Of a stretch of 64,000 nt of DNA, positions 12,444 through 25,281 are shown piece after piece. Below the pieces are notes generated by a model, which had not been told where the DNA came from, did not search any database, and saw only the letters and a list, made by a program, of their open reading frames with translations. Source of the stretch: Spirogloea muscicola (taxonomy: Eukaryota); the NCBI GenBank assembly GCA_009602725.1, contig WELB01000027.1:395459-459458 (forward strand), written 5' to 3'. Every line of letters starts with the position of its first letter. Positions within the stretch are counted from its first letter, which is position 1. Made by a program: the position numbers and the translations under genes.

Positions 12444-13773
12444 TCAGCCACGGCGCATGAAGTCAAAGAGGCCACGTTTTTGTGTCTCCTCCTCGAAGAC
12501 GAACGCTTTCAGGCGGTCATTCTGGATGAGCCGGTATGCAGCCTGCTCCAGGGCGTAGCCCGCCACCGTGGGAGGCTTCTGCAACACCAGCGGCTCACCC
12601 CGGTTGCTGCTCATGATCACGCCCGAGTCCTCGGGGATGACGCCGAGCAGCGGCAGGCCGAGTGTGTCCTGCACATCCTGCACCGACATCATGTCGTTGG
12701 AGCTGATGAGGTCGGGGCGGACGCGGTTGACGACGAGCTTGATGTCGGCGATCCCATCGACCTCGAGGAGGCCGATGACGCGATCGGCATCGCGCAGCGC
12801 GGTGACGTCGGGCGTGGTGACGATGATGGCCTCGTTGGCGGGCGCAACGGCGGTGATGAACCCTGCCTCTATCCCAGCGGGGCAGTCGATGAGGATGAAG
12901 TCAGGGCAGCCGTCGGGCTCAGGCCGCTCCTTGAGCGTGTCGACGAGCCACGTGAGGGCCTTGGTGCCGAAGTTGTACGGCATCTTGAACCGCGGCTTGG
13001 CGATGCACAGCAGCTCCAGGTTGGGGCACCGCCGATCGCGGATCAGCGCCTGGTCTAGCCGGCACTCGCCTTCCATCACCTCCGCCGCCGTGAACGTCAC
13101 CCGCTTCTCCATGCCTGCGTGCGCTCAGGTCACGGCCAACGGCACCACCATCAGCACCGCAAGATGGCCTCTGAGGCCCTGAGACATCCGATGCCGCCAG
13201 CTGGGCTGTCGCGGTCGGCTCAGCGCAGCCACACAGCTGGGCGCCCAGAAGCTGAGGCCGTTGAGTCACGACCTGTCAACCCACAATGCTGTGCCGTCCC
13301 GAGAGCGACGAGATGAGGCGCAGGCGCTGACCGAGGAGGAGGTCCAGGTTGCGCAGGCCGATGTCGGCGTCGATTGCGACGACCTTGTAGCCCATGCGCG
13401 CGATGGCGATGCCCAGGTTGGCCGTCGTCGTGGTCTTGCCCACGCCGCCCTTGCCGCTGGTGATCACGGCGACGCGCGGCGGCGTGCCGCGCATCTGCGG
13501 CCGCTGGCCCCAGCTGAGAGCCGCGGTTGCAGCCTCCGCCCGCCGGCTCCACTTCCATTGACGCGCCGCCGCCGTGACGGCCAACAGCTCGGCCGCAGGC
13601 CGTCGCCATGGGCCCTCGGCGAGCTCGCTGCGGTCCCCCAGGAAGCCGACGCTGCGGCCAGGCGTCGCTGACGAGGGCGGGTCTGGTCGTGTACGGCGGC
13701 CAGCGCCTCTCGCCGGCGCGCCGGCGGCGGCGGCGGCGGCATGGACGAACTCAGCGCTCGCGGCGGCGGCCAT
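12444..13773 (-). CDS. minD: Plastid division ATPase MinD, nuclear-encoded with Ala/Arg-rich transit peptide; 2 exons (13773-13332, 13114-12444)
   Basis: [18 protein letters not shown] (deviant Walker A), [54 protein letters not shown]-terminal amphipathic [11 protein letters not shown]. One phase-1 GT-AG intron. Confidence 0.97.
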
Positions 13774-14293
13774 GCCGCAGAGCCTCCGCGGCGCGCGCNN
13801 NNNNNNNNNNNNNNNNNNNNNNNNNNNNNNNNNNNNNNNNNNNNNNNNNNNNNNNNNNNNNNNNNNNNNNNNNNNNNNNNNNNNNNNNNNNNNNNNNNNN
13901 NNNNNNNNNNNNNNNNNNNNNNNNNNNNNNNNNNNNNNNNNNNNNNNNNNNNNNNNNNNNNNNNNNNNNNNNNNNNNNNNNNNNNNNNNNNNNNNNNNNN
14001 NNNNNNNNNNNNNNNNNNNNNNNNNNNNNNNNNNNNNNNNNNNNNNNNNNNNNNNNNNNNNNNNNNNNNNNNNNNNNNNNNNNNNNNNNNNNNNNNNNNN
14101 NNNNNNNNNNNNNNNNNNNNNNNNNNNNNNNNNNNNNNNNNNNNNNNNNNNNCGCCGCGGCCGTCGCCGCGCAGCCCGCCGACGATCCCGGCCAGCGGCT
14201 GTCGCGCGAGCGACGGCTCCCGGCTTCGCCGACGCAGCAGGCGGCCGCGCCGCATGGCGGCCCGGTCGGTGACTGCCTCGCCACTCGCTGGCA

Positions 14294-17200
14294 ATGGCGT
14301 CCAGGCCCAAGCGGCGGCGCATCGCGGCGAGCTCCGAGGCGTGGCAAGTCAGCAGCGCTCCCGGTGAGAGCCTTGCCCGCCCAGCGCCGCAGCCTTTCCC
14401 AAGCCATTCTGAGCCTTTGCTAGGCCTTTTCGCATGATGCCGCGGGTGCTGTGCCAAGCTCCGTTGCTGAGCTTCTGCATGGCCAACTTGGCTTATGCCT
14501 AAGCATTGCTGCCTCCCACCGAGCCGCCTGCCGAGCCGCCCTTGCCCCATGATGGTCAATGTACAAGTAGAAAGGCAAGGACATTGACAGATGTTCATCT
14601 CCTGCTGCTAAGCTAACCCGCTCAGTAACCACAAGTCAGCACATAGAGGTCGCTAACTGATGCCCGATTTCCGGACGCCAACTGACAAGCCCTTGTGCCA
14701 CCAGCTAATGCTCGACCAGCTTTCTGGTGGTTCTGATGGTTGTGAGGCCCTCACTTGCAGGCGGGGCCGATGGCCGGCGCGGCCTCTACCACTGCAACTA
14801 CTGCCAAAAGGATGTGTCTGGCACGGTGCGCATCAAGTGCGCCAAGTGCCCCGACTTCGACCTTTGCCTCGAGTGCTTCTCCGTTGGCGCCGAGCTGAGC
14901 CCCCACAAGGCCTCCCACCCGTATCGCGTCATGGTGCGCCTCCTCTCTCTACATACGTTCTGCCGCTCCGGGATTGCAACGAGCGTCTTATTAACTGGGC
15001 GGCGCTCAGACGGCCCACCAGCTCGCAAATGCCAGGGGATTGACGTGGGGTCAGCCTGTGATGCTTTACTGCATGCAGGACAATCTGAACTTCTCGCTGC
15101 TCCACCCAGACTGGGCGGCCGATGAGGAAATTCTACTTCTTGAGGTATGGAATGCCAAGCCCACTTTGCGTGCGTGATCCAGTGCCTCGTGCTTGTGGAA
15201 GCTCACTGTAGAAGCTGTGTGCAGATTCTCCAGCTTCGCTGCTCTCAAGCACTGCCAGCTGACCCGGGGGCAGTGGGCGTTGGTGGCAGGCCGTTGAGAT
15301 GTTCGGGCTCGGGAACTGGGCGGAGGTGAGCGAGCACGTCGGCACCAAGGGCAAGGTGCAGTGCCAGGAGCACTTTACGGCGACCTACATGGACTCGCCC
15401 TGCTCGCCCCTCCCGGTGCGTGATCAGATGCCAGCATTCTTACAGTTAAGGCTATTTCTTCACCGACGCCAGAGATGCTAGCCATGCAGCAGTGCTCATC
15501 ATGCTGGCGAACTGAATGGCAAAAAAAGTTCGTTACCTCCTCAATGACGGAGGCGGCAGAAGCAGATCAGGCTTCTTCATTGGAGGCATTGAAGCGGAGC
15601 CTTGCTGTGTCCTCCCAGGACTTGTCTGGCGTCGTTGGGAAGAGCAAGGCTGAGCTTCTTGCTCTTGGTCGGCAAGGGAAGGACTGGTTGTCAGGTGAAA
15701 GCACGAGCACCTGCATGTGTGCCAACGAGCACTCGCTCATGCAATCACTAGACGAAGCAGGCCGTTTGTGTCATCCGATGTGCTTGACCAGCTTGATAAG
15801 GGCATCACCTGACATGGAAGAGTTTTTTCATTGCTCTGTTCTGTTCCTGAAGGCCAAGCAGCCAATGCTGGTGGTGGCTTCTTACCTAAGGTGGAGGACA
15901 ACTCTGAAGCTGGATTGAGGTAGGCGGTCCTTGATGTGCTCGGTGCTCTTTCAATGTCACGGCCAATAGCATCATGAGAAGGTCTGCTCTGAAGCCAGAG
16001 TGATCAGAGCCTCACGACATGACCTGCAACAAAACACCGTGACAACAGTAATTTACAACAGTCACAACGATAGTTCTCCTGCTTCTTACTTGTTCACCTG
16101 CTTCTGGTAGGCCACACCTGTTTCCAGCGCTTGATTCGCAGTTGTGTGGCACGTTTGCAGGGAGGAGCCGAGGGAGGAGCGGAGCGCAAGCCCCGAGTAC
16201 CAATCCAGCGGTGGGCGGCCTTGAGTCACTTAGGCCCCTTGCAGAACTGTGTGCAGGGGTCTCATGTCTGGACTTGGTGGCAACCCCCTCATGACAATAT
16301 GATGTTGGAGAGGAAGTGCGGTTTTTGGTACTCATTGCCGTTGACTGTGCGTCCTAGTGGCAGAAGGGAAAGAAGGGCAGGTGGCAGCCAAGAGCCGAGG
16401 AGCGTGGGGTGCCGTCACCGAGGGCGGCGAGGGTGGCGCGCGGGGCGCCAAGAAGTCAGCCGGCGGCGCCGGGGCCCTGGCAAAGAAGGAGGAGGACAAG
16501 GTCCCCACGCCTCCAACCGAAGGTGACACTGCCAGGGAACACTGTGACAGCAGCCAACATTCTCCATTTCTGCTCCAATTTTTCACCCTTCATTTCCTCG
16601 TAGGACTGATCGACACAGAACCTGCTGCAGTAGCCATTGCCTTGCAGCAGTCCACAGGCGAGGAATCACAGTGGAGCTATAGGATTGTACAATCCGTGTT
16701 TCAATAATCATGTGTTTGCTAATGTTGATCTATGCTCGATTACTATCACCTTTGACAAAGAATGTACCGCCGTTTTTACAGAATCCATGCAGAGTAATCG
16801 CACCATTGGCGGCAAGACGCCGTCGAAGCCACCCTTGCACACCGCCGAAGCTGCTGCAGGCCAGCAGCCAGCGTCCCACGACACGGGCTCGGGCGGGGGT
16901 GCGGAGGGCCCCGAGCTCGCAGGCTACAATGCCAAGCGCGGGGAGTTTGACCCGGAGTATGACAATGAGGCGGAGCTGCCTTTGGCCGAGATGGAGTTCC
17001 GCGCTGACGAAGATGCTGACCGCGAGCTGAAAATCCGCATGCTCCACATCTACCGCTCTAGGTCCACGCACTGACTATCCAAACGTCCTTGTAGGGCTAA
17101 GGTTAAGAGCATCACACCTTCCAGTGATTTACTCTGAGCGGACCTTAAGTTTGTATGGAGCTTCTAGATTCACTGATGTGCCAGACCGTGCTGCTGGGTA

Positions 17201-18619
17201 AGCCGAGTCTATCTCCAACTAGTGAGTTTCCGCAACCTGGCCCCGCTGACTGAGTCGTCTTTGGTGCTTGTTGGCTTGTTGGGGAGCAGGCTTGCAGAGA
17301 GGAGGAGGAGGAAGGAGTTCATCCTTGAGCGAGGCCTGCTGAGCCCCAGCAAGCGATTGCAGGTGCTGGACCGCCGGAGGGGGGCCGGCAACGGCATGAG
17401 CAAGGAGGCGCAGGAGCTGTGGGCCCAGGCCCGCGTGTTCGCGAGGTACCATTCTCAGGCGTCCCATGAGGCACTGGTCGCTGGCCTGATCGAGGAGCGT
17501 CGCCTGCGGCAGCAGATTGAGGAGCTGCAGGTACCACGGGCTCCTGACTGAAACTTATAAGTGGTCACACGTTACACATGTTGCATCGAATTGCCTTACG
17601 TTAACAGCCATCACATGGACTACACTCATCATCTTGCATCCTTGATGCCGCTGACGTGCCCAAGGACGAGACTGAACCAGATTGGTGGTTACAAATTTTG
17701 GACGCACTTCTCAAATCTGGTCTTTAAGCCCTTACTTGCTTGTATCTTGACTACACTGGTGCAGGAGCTGAGGGAGGCGGGGTGCCACGAGCTGGCAGAG
17801 GGTGCTGCATATCTGGCCGAGAAACGACGGCAGGAGGCGGAGACGAGCCTGCGTAGGCAGCGGGAGAGCCCAGCAGCCCACCTCTATGGTGCAGCCGCTG
17901 CGTCCGCGGCAGCTGCGGCGGCAGCAGGGCGGGGCAGCAACCATCGCACCAACCGGCAAGGGGCCAGGGCGGCAGCCGCGGAAGGGGCTGACCACCACTT
18001 GGGCACGACGCCCAACTCCATGGACAACGACAGGTCACGCACTGGCGGGCTCGCCGGTACACCGGCGAGCCTGCTGGACGATATGGCTCTGGTCAAAAAC
18101 TCCAAAAGCGACTCTAGGGGGCCGCTCAACCTCGACGGCCACCTCGGCCTCGACCTTCTGTCAGACAAGGCAAGCCGACACGGCCTGAGCTCGAGCAGGG
18201 CATGCTGTGTGCTGCGCGTCAAGCCCTATGGGTGCAGAGAGCTTTTCACAGCATGTGCTGGTAGTCCTCCAGTGTGTCACTGATTACTGTGAAGGTCCTG
18301 GAGTAGTCATTTGCCTGATCTTTCTTCTGTGTCAATGTCACCTCAGGAGCGGCAGCTTTGCGCGAGCACTCGCCTGCTCCCAGTGCACTATCTCAAGATG
18401 AAGGAGGTGCTCATGCTGGAGGCGCTGAAGCAGGGCGGCGGTGCACTGCTGTCTCGGGCCGACAGTCGAAAGCTGTTCCGTGTCAGCCCCGCGCAGGTGG
18501 ACCGCGTCTACGACTTCCTGTGCTTGCAAGGCTGGATCAGCGGCGACTCGCTGCCAACTGAGGGCGCAGGCATTCAGAGTCACGGCAGCAGCCTGCTCCA
18601 TGGCAGCCCTCTCCGATAG
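14294..18619 (+). CDS. ADA2: Transcriptional adapter ADA2 (SAGA): ZZ finger, SANT, ADA box, SWIRM
   Basis: LYHCNYCQKDVSGTVRIKCAKCPDFDLCLECFSVG (ZZ), DWAADEEILLLE|AVEMFGLGNWAEVSEHVGTK (SANT), GYNAKRGEFDPEYDNEAE, ERQLCASTRLLPVHYLKMKE...VDRVYDFL..QGWI (SWIRM). Confidence 0.96.
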
Positions 18620-18913
18620 CATCACACAGCTGGGTGGTCCAGACAAGAAGCTCTTATGTGCAATTTATGAAGTCCCACTTTTGTGGTAAGCTGTGACGAA
18701 TACAAGCACCACAGCAGGAGACGAGGCCATCTATCGCTGTGCGACTTGGGCAGGCAGGCTGCGCGCATTCCCAGATAGAGCTGGACACTTGCGTACGTCA
18801 TCGACAGACAGTTAACCAGTCACCAACGCTGCAGGCAGAGGCAGGTACAACACAAACAGAACAACTTCCTGTCAGCTAAAATGGCCATAGATCAGCACAT
18901 ACCAACACCAAGA

Positions 18914-20640
18914 TCAGAGACGCCGGATACTCTCAATAAGCCGTTGAGGCAAGAGAGCCTCGAGTTGCCGTCTGAAAGATCCGCCAAGGTCATCGTTTGC
19001 GCACAGACTCGCAATACAGGTCGGCGTGGTGTACATGACAGAGTTGATGTCATCGTCAACCCTGGCCTCAAAGACGCTGCCAAATACCTCCTGCAGGCGC
19101 TCCTGCGCCTCAATCCTAGCGAGCTCTGAATGAGGCACGATATTCACGGCCAGCATGCCCTCGGGGTGCAGCACGGCCCGAAGGGCTAAAAGGAAGTCGA
19201 CGGACAACATGTCCTCAGGCGGGGCGCCATACTTGCCGCAGCCGTCACCAGCGTCAATGTCCAGGACAACAATGTAAAAGGGCAGCGAGCGAAATGGCTG
19301 AACAGCTTCATTCATCCCAACAGCGTGACCATCCGACGGCGACGACGCGACGGCGTGACCGTTCGTGTGAGCACGGCGCCTCTTCTTACTGCCACTCACA
19401 TTGCAGGGATGGTGGCCGCCAGCTTCAGCAGAGCTGGCATCAGTCAGGGACGCAATGAAGTGGCGGGCGTCTGCGACGTGGACGCGCAGGTGGGAGCCCT
19501 CGTGCAGCCCAAAGTGGCGGCGGGCCAGGCGGGCGACCACTTTGTCCAGCTCCACAACCTGCGGCGAAGGCGGGAGGAGCGGCCGATGCTGTCAGCGAGC
19601 GCCGCGCCAACTACAGTGGCCGCGTCGAAATGAATCATGCCATGCAATGGTGCACAGCAGCAGACGGGCTGCGAAGCTGGAGCGCCGTCCCGACTCTGCT
19701 CTCACTGGGGGCCAGCGAAATCGACCTGGATGTGGAATGATGGGAAGTGCCGGTGCACGAATGCAGGTAGCGCGCCGCCGCCGCCGCCGAGGACGAGCAC
19801 GCGGGGCGACCTGCCGCCGGCAGCCGCCGTGTCCAGCAGTGGAGCCACCAGCACGAAGCCCGCCATGACGGCCGGGAGGTATTTGTGGACCAGCCGACGG
19901 GGGTCGACCTCGCGTCGGCAGTCTCGGAGCGGCCGGCCGGCGTCGGCGAGTGACGGCCGCCGGAGCGCCACTTCGGACTGGACGAGGTCCGGCATGCGCC
20001 GAAAGCGCAGACGGCGCCGGAACACCGAAGGTGCGGCACAGCCACTGGCTGCAGCGCCGCCACTGCAGCAAGCGGCTTCGCCGGCTCGGAGCTCGATGTC
20101 CTCCACAATCATGGCGCCCGTCAGCTCCGACTCGGCCTCCGCGACGACCGCGCGGTCCAGGACGCCGTCGTCGTAGGTGATGAACGGCACGCCGCGTCGG
20201 CCGCCGCCGTCGTCGCCACCATCGTCAGCTGCGGCAGCGGCGAAGCTCGCACGGGGCGCGAGCGCCAGCACCAGCGGCCCGAGCCGCGCCTGCTCCGCCG
20301 CCTCCTCCGCCTCCGAGGCCGGCGGCGTTTGCGGCGGCCGCGGCGGGATCCGCGAGACGACTAGCAGCCGCGCGACAAGGGCGGCGGCCAGAAGCTGCCA
20401 CTGGCCGCCCTCGGCGACGTACAACCAGTCCGCCTCGCGGCCGCGCGGCACCAGTAGCGCGGCACAGGGGCCGGCGGCCGCGGGCCTGCCGCGCGGCGCG
20501 TCGAGGACGCTGACCTCGAACTGTGGGGGCGGCGGGTCCGGGCCGCCGCCGCCGCCGTCTACGCCGCCGCCAGCCTCGACGGGGTACACGAAGGTCTGCC
20601 GGCGGCCCGGATGGAGCTCGGCAAAGGCGTCCGCCCGCAT
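18914..20640 (-). CDS. SAM-dependent methyltransferase, METTL13 C-terminal/spermidine-synthase-like plant family; 2 exons (20640-19726, 19558-18914)
   Basis: ALLVPRGREADWLY..EGGQWQL, FRRRLRFRRMPDLVQSE, VLVLGGGGGALPAF (motif I), VVELDKVVARLARRHFGL, VADARHFI, VLDID, LHPEGMLAVNI. Confidence 0.88.
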
Positions 20641-20684
20641 CCGCAGCTCGCCAGACCTCTCAGGCGCGCGGCCGGGGTGCGGCG

Positions 20685-20716
<32 letters not shown>

Positions 20717-20989
20717 AGCGGTTTCGGAGAAAATTTGCTCGTTCTCTGAAATCGTAATGGTTCGGGCGGGAAGGTCGAATGACCCCCGGGGGCTTACACC
20801 TCGGGAGTGGATTGACAAGAAGTTTGCTCGGCCGGTTTGTGCAGAAGTTGGACAGTCTCAAGCGGGGAAAATGCAATGCAATAGTCTTGTGCCGCTTGAT
20901 GATGGTTTTAGGCGGCGTCTCTCGGGCCCGCCTCTCCCCAGCTCCCTATCTGTAAATTGTCGGGGCATTTTGACGAGACGCTGGACCTN

Positions 20990-21643
20990 CCCTCGCAGCG
21001 GCGCGGGGCGGCGTGGCGCTCGGCGGCGGCGTCGTGCCCGCGCTCGCGCACCTGGCCTTCGCCTTCACAGGTGCCGCACCTCCAGCGCCGCCGCCATTGC
21101 CGTTCTGCGCACCTCCACCTCCACCACCATTCAGTGGCGACGAGCCGCCGCCGCCGGCCGCCTGCCAAGGCCCTGACCCACTGCCGCCGCCGCCGCCGGC
21201 TTGTCTTGTGGCCGCGGCCGCCGCTCTTCCTGGAGGCAGAGCAGCTGGCCCGGGACCTGGAGGCCTTCGCCGGCCACGCCAACCGCCGATCCGCCAACAG
21301 CAGCGACGTGCTCCTTGCCGGTGAGCCCGCGCCGCCACTGCGGAGCTTCGCGCTGCACGCCCGTCCACCATGGTCAGCAGCTACAGCAGCTGGCGGCGTT
21401 GCTCGTGGCATGTCTGGCCAGCAGCAGCTGTGTGCTGCTAATAGCTCAGCGCTCGCAGCCCGGAGGCGGGCTGCTCTCCTGACGCAGCTGCCATGTATCT
21501 CAGCGAGGCGCAACGAGAGCGTGCTGACCCACCTGCGGCAGCTCATGGTCACGGCCGATGCCTGCGGCCTTGGTGGCCCATCCCTCAAGCGCAGGAAGAC
21601 CGTGGCCGCTAGCAGGGGCCAGAGGCTGATGCCTTCCAGCTGA
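20990..21643 (+). CDS. MHF1: Histone-fold protein MHF1/CENP-S; 5' exon missing or collapsed at the N at 20988
   Basis: VVPALAHLAFAFT|EQLARDLEAFAGHANRRSANSSDVLLA|ARRNESVLTHL matches the CENP-S DLE.FA.HA.R..V..EDV.L.ARRN signature. Confidence 0.85.
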   Translation, partial: PSQRRGAAWRSAAASCPRSRTWPSPSQVPHLQRRRHCRSAHLHLHHHSVATSRRRRPPAKALTHCRRRRRLVLWPRPPLFLEAEQLARDLEAFAGHANRRSANSSDVLLAGEPAPPLRSFALHARPPWSAATAAGGVARGMSGQQQLCAANSSALAARRRAALLTQLPCISARRNESVLTHLRQLMVTADACGLGGPSLKRRKTVAASRGQRLMPSS

Positions 21644-22029
21644 ATGTTGATGCCATTCAGCCACTCGTTGGACATGCATTACCCAGCCAGTAGCCACTGG
21701 CCACAAGCCTGGCTGCTCAACAGGGCCTGCTCCGCACTAGGATGCCTGTGCCGACTCGGCAAGCAGCCACTGTGTATGGCCCAGCCGGTCAACGACCATG
21801 GTAGCATGAGGGCGCCCGCTACAGCACCCCTCAACAAATGCAGCTGCTTTCAGCTCCAATGGCAGCTCTGTACAGCAAGATGTTGCAGAAAGCCAGTCGC
21901 TGTAAGGTCCGGCAACTTCACTGCAGCTCAGCTTGCCAAGTGCGCTCCTCTTGACAGATGGTGCTCCATGGGAGCAGCTTTGAAGAAAGCTGCAGCATCT
22001 GGCCAGTCCAGTCAGGCAGGCCAACCCTC

Positions 22030-24056
22030 ATGAGTGCCGGCATAGTGGTCTGCAGTGGCAGCTGCGCACTGTTCGGCCAGAAACGCAGCAAGCCGGCGCT
22101 GCTCCCAACGAGCCCCTCGGAAGATGGCACGTGAGGCTGGGAGGTCGTCCTGCACGAGCAGTGCCCTGCGAGACGACCACATGATGGTACCCCTCCTTCA
22201 GTGCCACTTCTCATAGCAGCCTGGTGCATTGAGGACGAAGTAAGGAGGAGCGCAGGGCTAAGTAGGCAGGCAGCTGTGGGTGGGGAGGAGGGGTGGAAGA
22301 GGGGTGTGGAAGGAGGGGGCTGATGCGAACCAGGCATCCTGCAGTTGTTCCGCCATCATGCGTTCTCGCTGTACAGGTGTGGGCTTGGGCTCTGCCAACA
22401 GCGCCTCCACTGCATCCCAACGCACGTCACGCCCTGCTGCCCGCCACCGCTCAACTCGTAGCATCTGCTCGCCTGTCAGCTGCGCCACGCGCAATAGCAG
22501 GGTGAAATCAGCTCTGTGGCTGAGGATAGCCTGCCAACCATGCCAAGCGTTAGCGTAACTGCAGTGGAGCGCCTGCAACTGACCGACACACAGCGCATGG
22601 GGATGTCGCCAGGCAGGCTTCCAGCTGCGCCTAGCATGGAGCCTGAACCATCCGCGGCGGCGGCACTGACGGCGGCTGCCTCCGCAGCCTTCCGCCGCTT
22701 CAGCCGCCACCTTTGTGACCAGATGAGATGACGATGTGCACAGAGCTGTTAACGTTGCCACCATCGTCATTCTGTAAGTGCTGCAGTGGCATAGAGGGAC
22801 AGGGAGTACGTCAGTGAGCGGGTTGCAACCTCAGGTAGAGCTCGGCAGCGTCTGCCAAGAGCTTGGCACTGGGGCTTAGGCCAGTTGAGGCCTCCCACAC
22901 TGCCAGCGACTGCTCCCAGGACAGCCCGGAAGGATCCGCGGCAGGGACTGCGGCGGGCGGTTGCCTGCTGTCACCAGGAATTGCTGCAACATCCAGCGCC
23001 CCGCCTGCGTCGTCACTGCAGACAAGTGACTCAGCAAGTCAGGAAGGCGATGTTGGAGGCTCATTGCCAAGTAACAAGCCTAGCCAGTTGAGAAGCATCC
23101 ATGGGAAGCCAAAGCAGCAGAATGCTGAGATTGACAAAAGTGGAGGAGCGCCTCTAGTGGAGGGGGGTTTTGAGGCTGCCGACATGCGGGGCTGACATAC
23201 TGGGCAAGGCCGGACTCGCGCTCCTGCTGCACCTCGGGGGCGCTTGAGAAGTCTGAGGCGCCAATCTGCCTGACGCCAGAAGCAGCCCCAGCTTGGAACT
23301 GTCAGCAGTTGTGGGTGAACGTGAGCAATGACCGAACATGGCGCAGCTTGTCAGGCACTACGGCGGCTTTGATGCAGGAGGAAGCGCGTGCCTGGCTTGG
23401 AAGCTGGCAATCTCGGCGGCAAAGAGGCGGCGCTGGCGGGCGACATGGCGCCGCCGCTGCACGACAGCCAGCGGCGTCTGCTCGCCGCGGCAGACCGATG
23501 CACCCCTGCGCTCCAGCTCAACGGAGGCGGGCATGGGCGTCTCAGGTTGTGCTCGCTGGCTGGAGGTGGCGGCGGCAGGCCTGGGCCGGCGGCGGTGAGT
23601 GGTCGTCACCATGAGAGGAGCTGGTTTCCGAAGTGCAGATTGCTGCCTCGCAGCAGCGCCGCGACGGCAGCGTCGGCGTCGGCGTCGGGGGCGCAGGCGG
23701 CGGGCGGGAGGTGCGCCGCCAGGCTCGCTCGCTCGGCCGCGCTCAGGCAGCGCCGCCAAGTCTGCGCAGCAGGCGCGGAGGCGGCGCCAGAAGCTGCTGA
23801 GGCTGGCGTCGAAGGTAATGGCGGCGGCGGCGTCAACGAAGGCGGCCGCAGCGGCGTCGTCGAAGGCGACGGCAACGGCGGCGGCGGTGGGGCACCTCCG
23901 CGGTGAGGACGGTTGCCAGGGAGGGCAGGCCCGCGACGGCCGCGGGCAGCAGCAGGCCTTCGACGGCGATGCCATCGCCCGTGGCGATGGCGACGGCCGC
24001 CTCGTCGGCCACCACCTCCCGCGCCGCGGCGTCCCACCGCAGCCGCGCGCACGGCA
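22030..24056 (-). CDS. NFRKB/INO80G-like DEUBAD-domain protein; 5' end cut by adapter and gap, 3' end uncertain
   Basis: LRWDAAAREVVA...LPAAVAGLPSLATVLTAE|TWRRCLSAAERASLAAHLP...LLRGSNLHFGNQLLSW|GASVCRGEQTP resembles the plant NFRKB DEUBAD pattern (W...L...ER..L...LP; L..G.NFHFGNP). Confidence 0.72.
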
Positions 24057-24196
<140 letters not shown>

Positions 24197-24496
24197 NNNN
24201 NNNNNNNNNNNNNNNNNNNNNNNNNNNNNNNNNNNNNNNNNNNNNNNNNNNNNNNNNNNNNNNNNNNNNNNNNNNNNNNNNNNNNNNNNNNNNNNNNNNN
24301 NNNNNNNNNNNNNNNNNNNNNNNNNNNNNNNNNNNNNNNNNNNNNNNNNNNNNNNNNNNNNNNNNNNNNNNNNNNNNNNNNNNNNNNNNNNNNNNNNNNN
24401 NNNNNNNNNNNNNNNNNNNNNNNNNNNNNNNNNNNNNNNNNNNNNNNNNNNNNNNNNNNNNNNNNNNNNNNNNNNNNNNNNNNNNNNNNNNNNGCC

Positions 24497-24740
24497 TGGC
24501 CGTCTCGCTGCAGAGGTCCATGGCCCGGGCGCTGCACCTTCGTGCCGGCAGAGCCCTCGCTGCTGCCTCTGGCTCTGGCCAGGGGACCCACTTCCAGGAG
24601 CCCAGCATCTCTGATCTGCGGCTGCTTAGCAGGGGTTACTGAGTGTCTCGTAGCAGCTTTGTTTCTGTTACTTAGCGCTTCCCCTGGCCCCCTTCTCGTA
24701 CTCTGTTCGTTCTTTTTCGGGCTGGTTGTTCCAGCCCCTA
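24497..24740 (+). mobile_element. 3' end fragment of a CRE/R2-type (RLE) non-LTR retrotransposon
   Basis: LAVSLQRSMARALHLRAGRALAAASG...SDLRLLSRGY*, followed by the family 3'-UTR-like motif ..TTCGGGCTGG..CAGCCC. Confidence 0.7.
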
Positions 24741-25172
24741 TTCTCAATGGGCGAGCACTTTCTTCAAGCGTGGCCTGCCCGCAAGTAGCCAGTGCACTAC
24801 GTGAGCCTGGGAGGAAGGCCACCTCACATTCTGCACGTGCTGACGCAATGAACATTTTGAAGCCTCTGACAGTCACTTTTACAGCCATTGCCTTGCAGTA
24901 GAGCCTAATTCTTAATTCTTTCCCTCGTGTTCCTTTCTTCGTTTCGGGCTCTAACAGTAGAGATCGTGTATTAGAAAGAAATGTAGGCCAAATGGCCAGG
25001 TACAAAGGCAAGCCGCTCTAACGAGGGCGCGCGCGGTGCGCATGAAATGCAGGGGGGACAGCTCGTCCAACGCACTTCTTCATACAACGTGAGGCACTGG
25101 CGGAAATGAGGCCAGCCGCAAGGAGTGAACAAGTTCTGAATGGGCTGGAATGTCAGAAGGTGACGCGCGCCG

Positions 25173-25246
25173 TTGGTCCGCCGCCGGAGCGCCAGTGACT
25201 TCCTCCCCCCTCCTCCCGGCCTGCGCGTTTCGCCATCGGCGCCGCA

Positions 25247-25281
<35 letters not shown>

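Noticed and set aside
14294..24056. ADA2, MHF1 and NFRKB-like genes as a functional chromatin cluster
   Set aside because: They belong to different complexes and are interleaved with an unrelated methyltransferase; there is no evidence beyond proximity.
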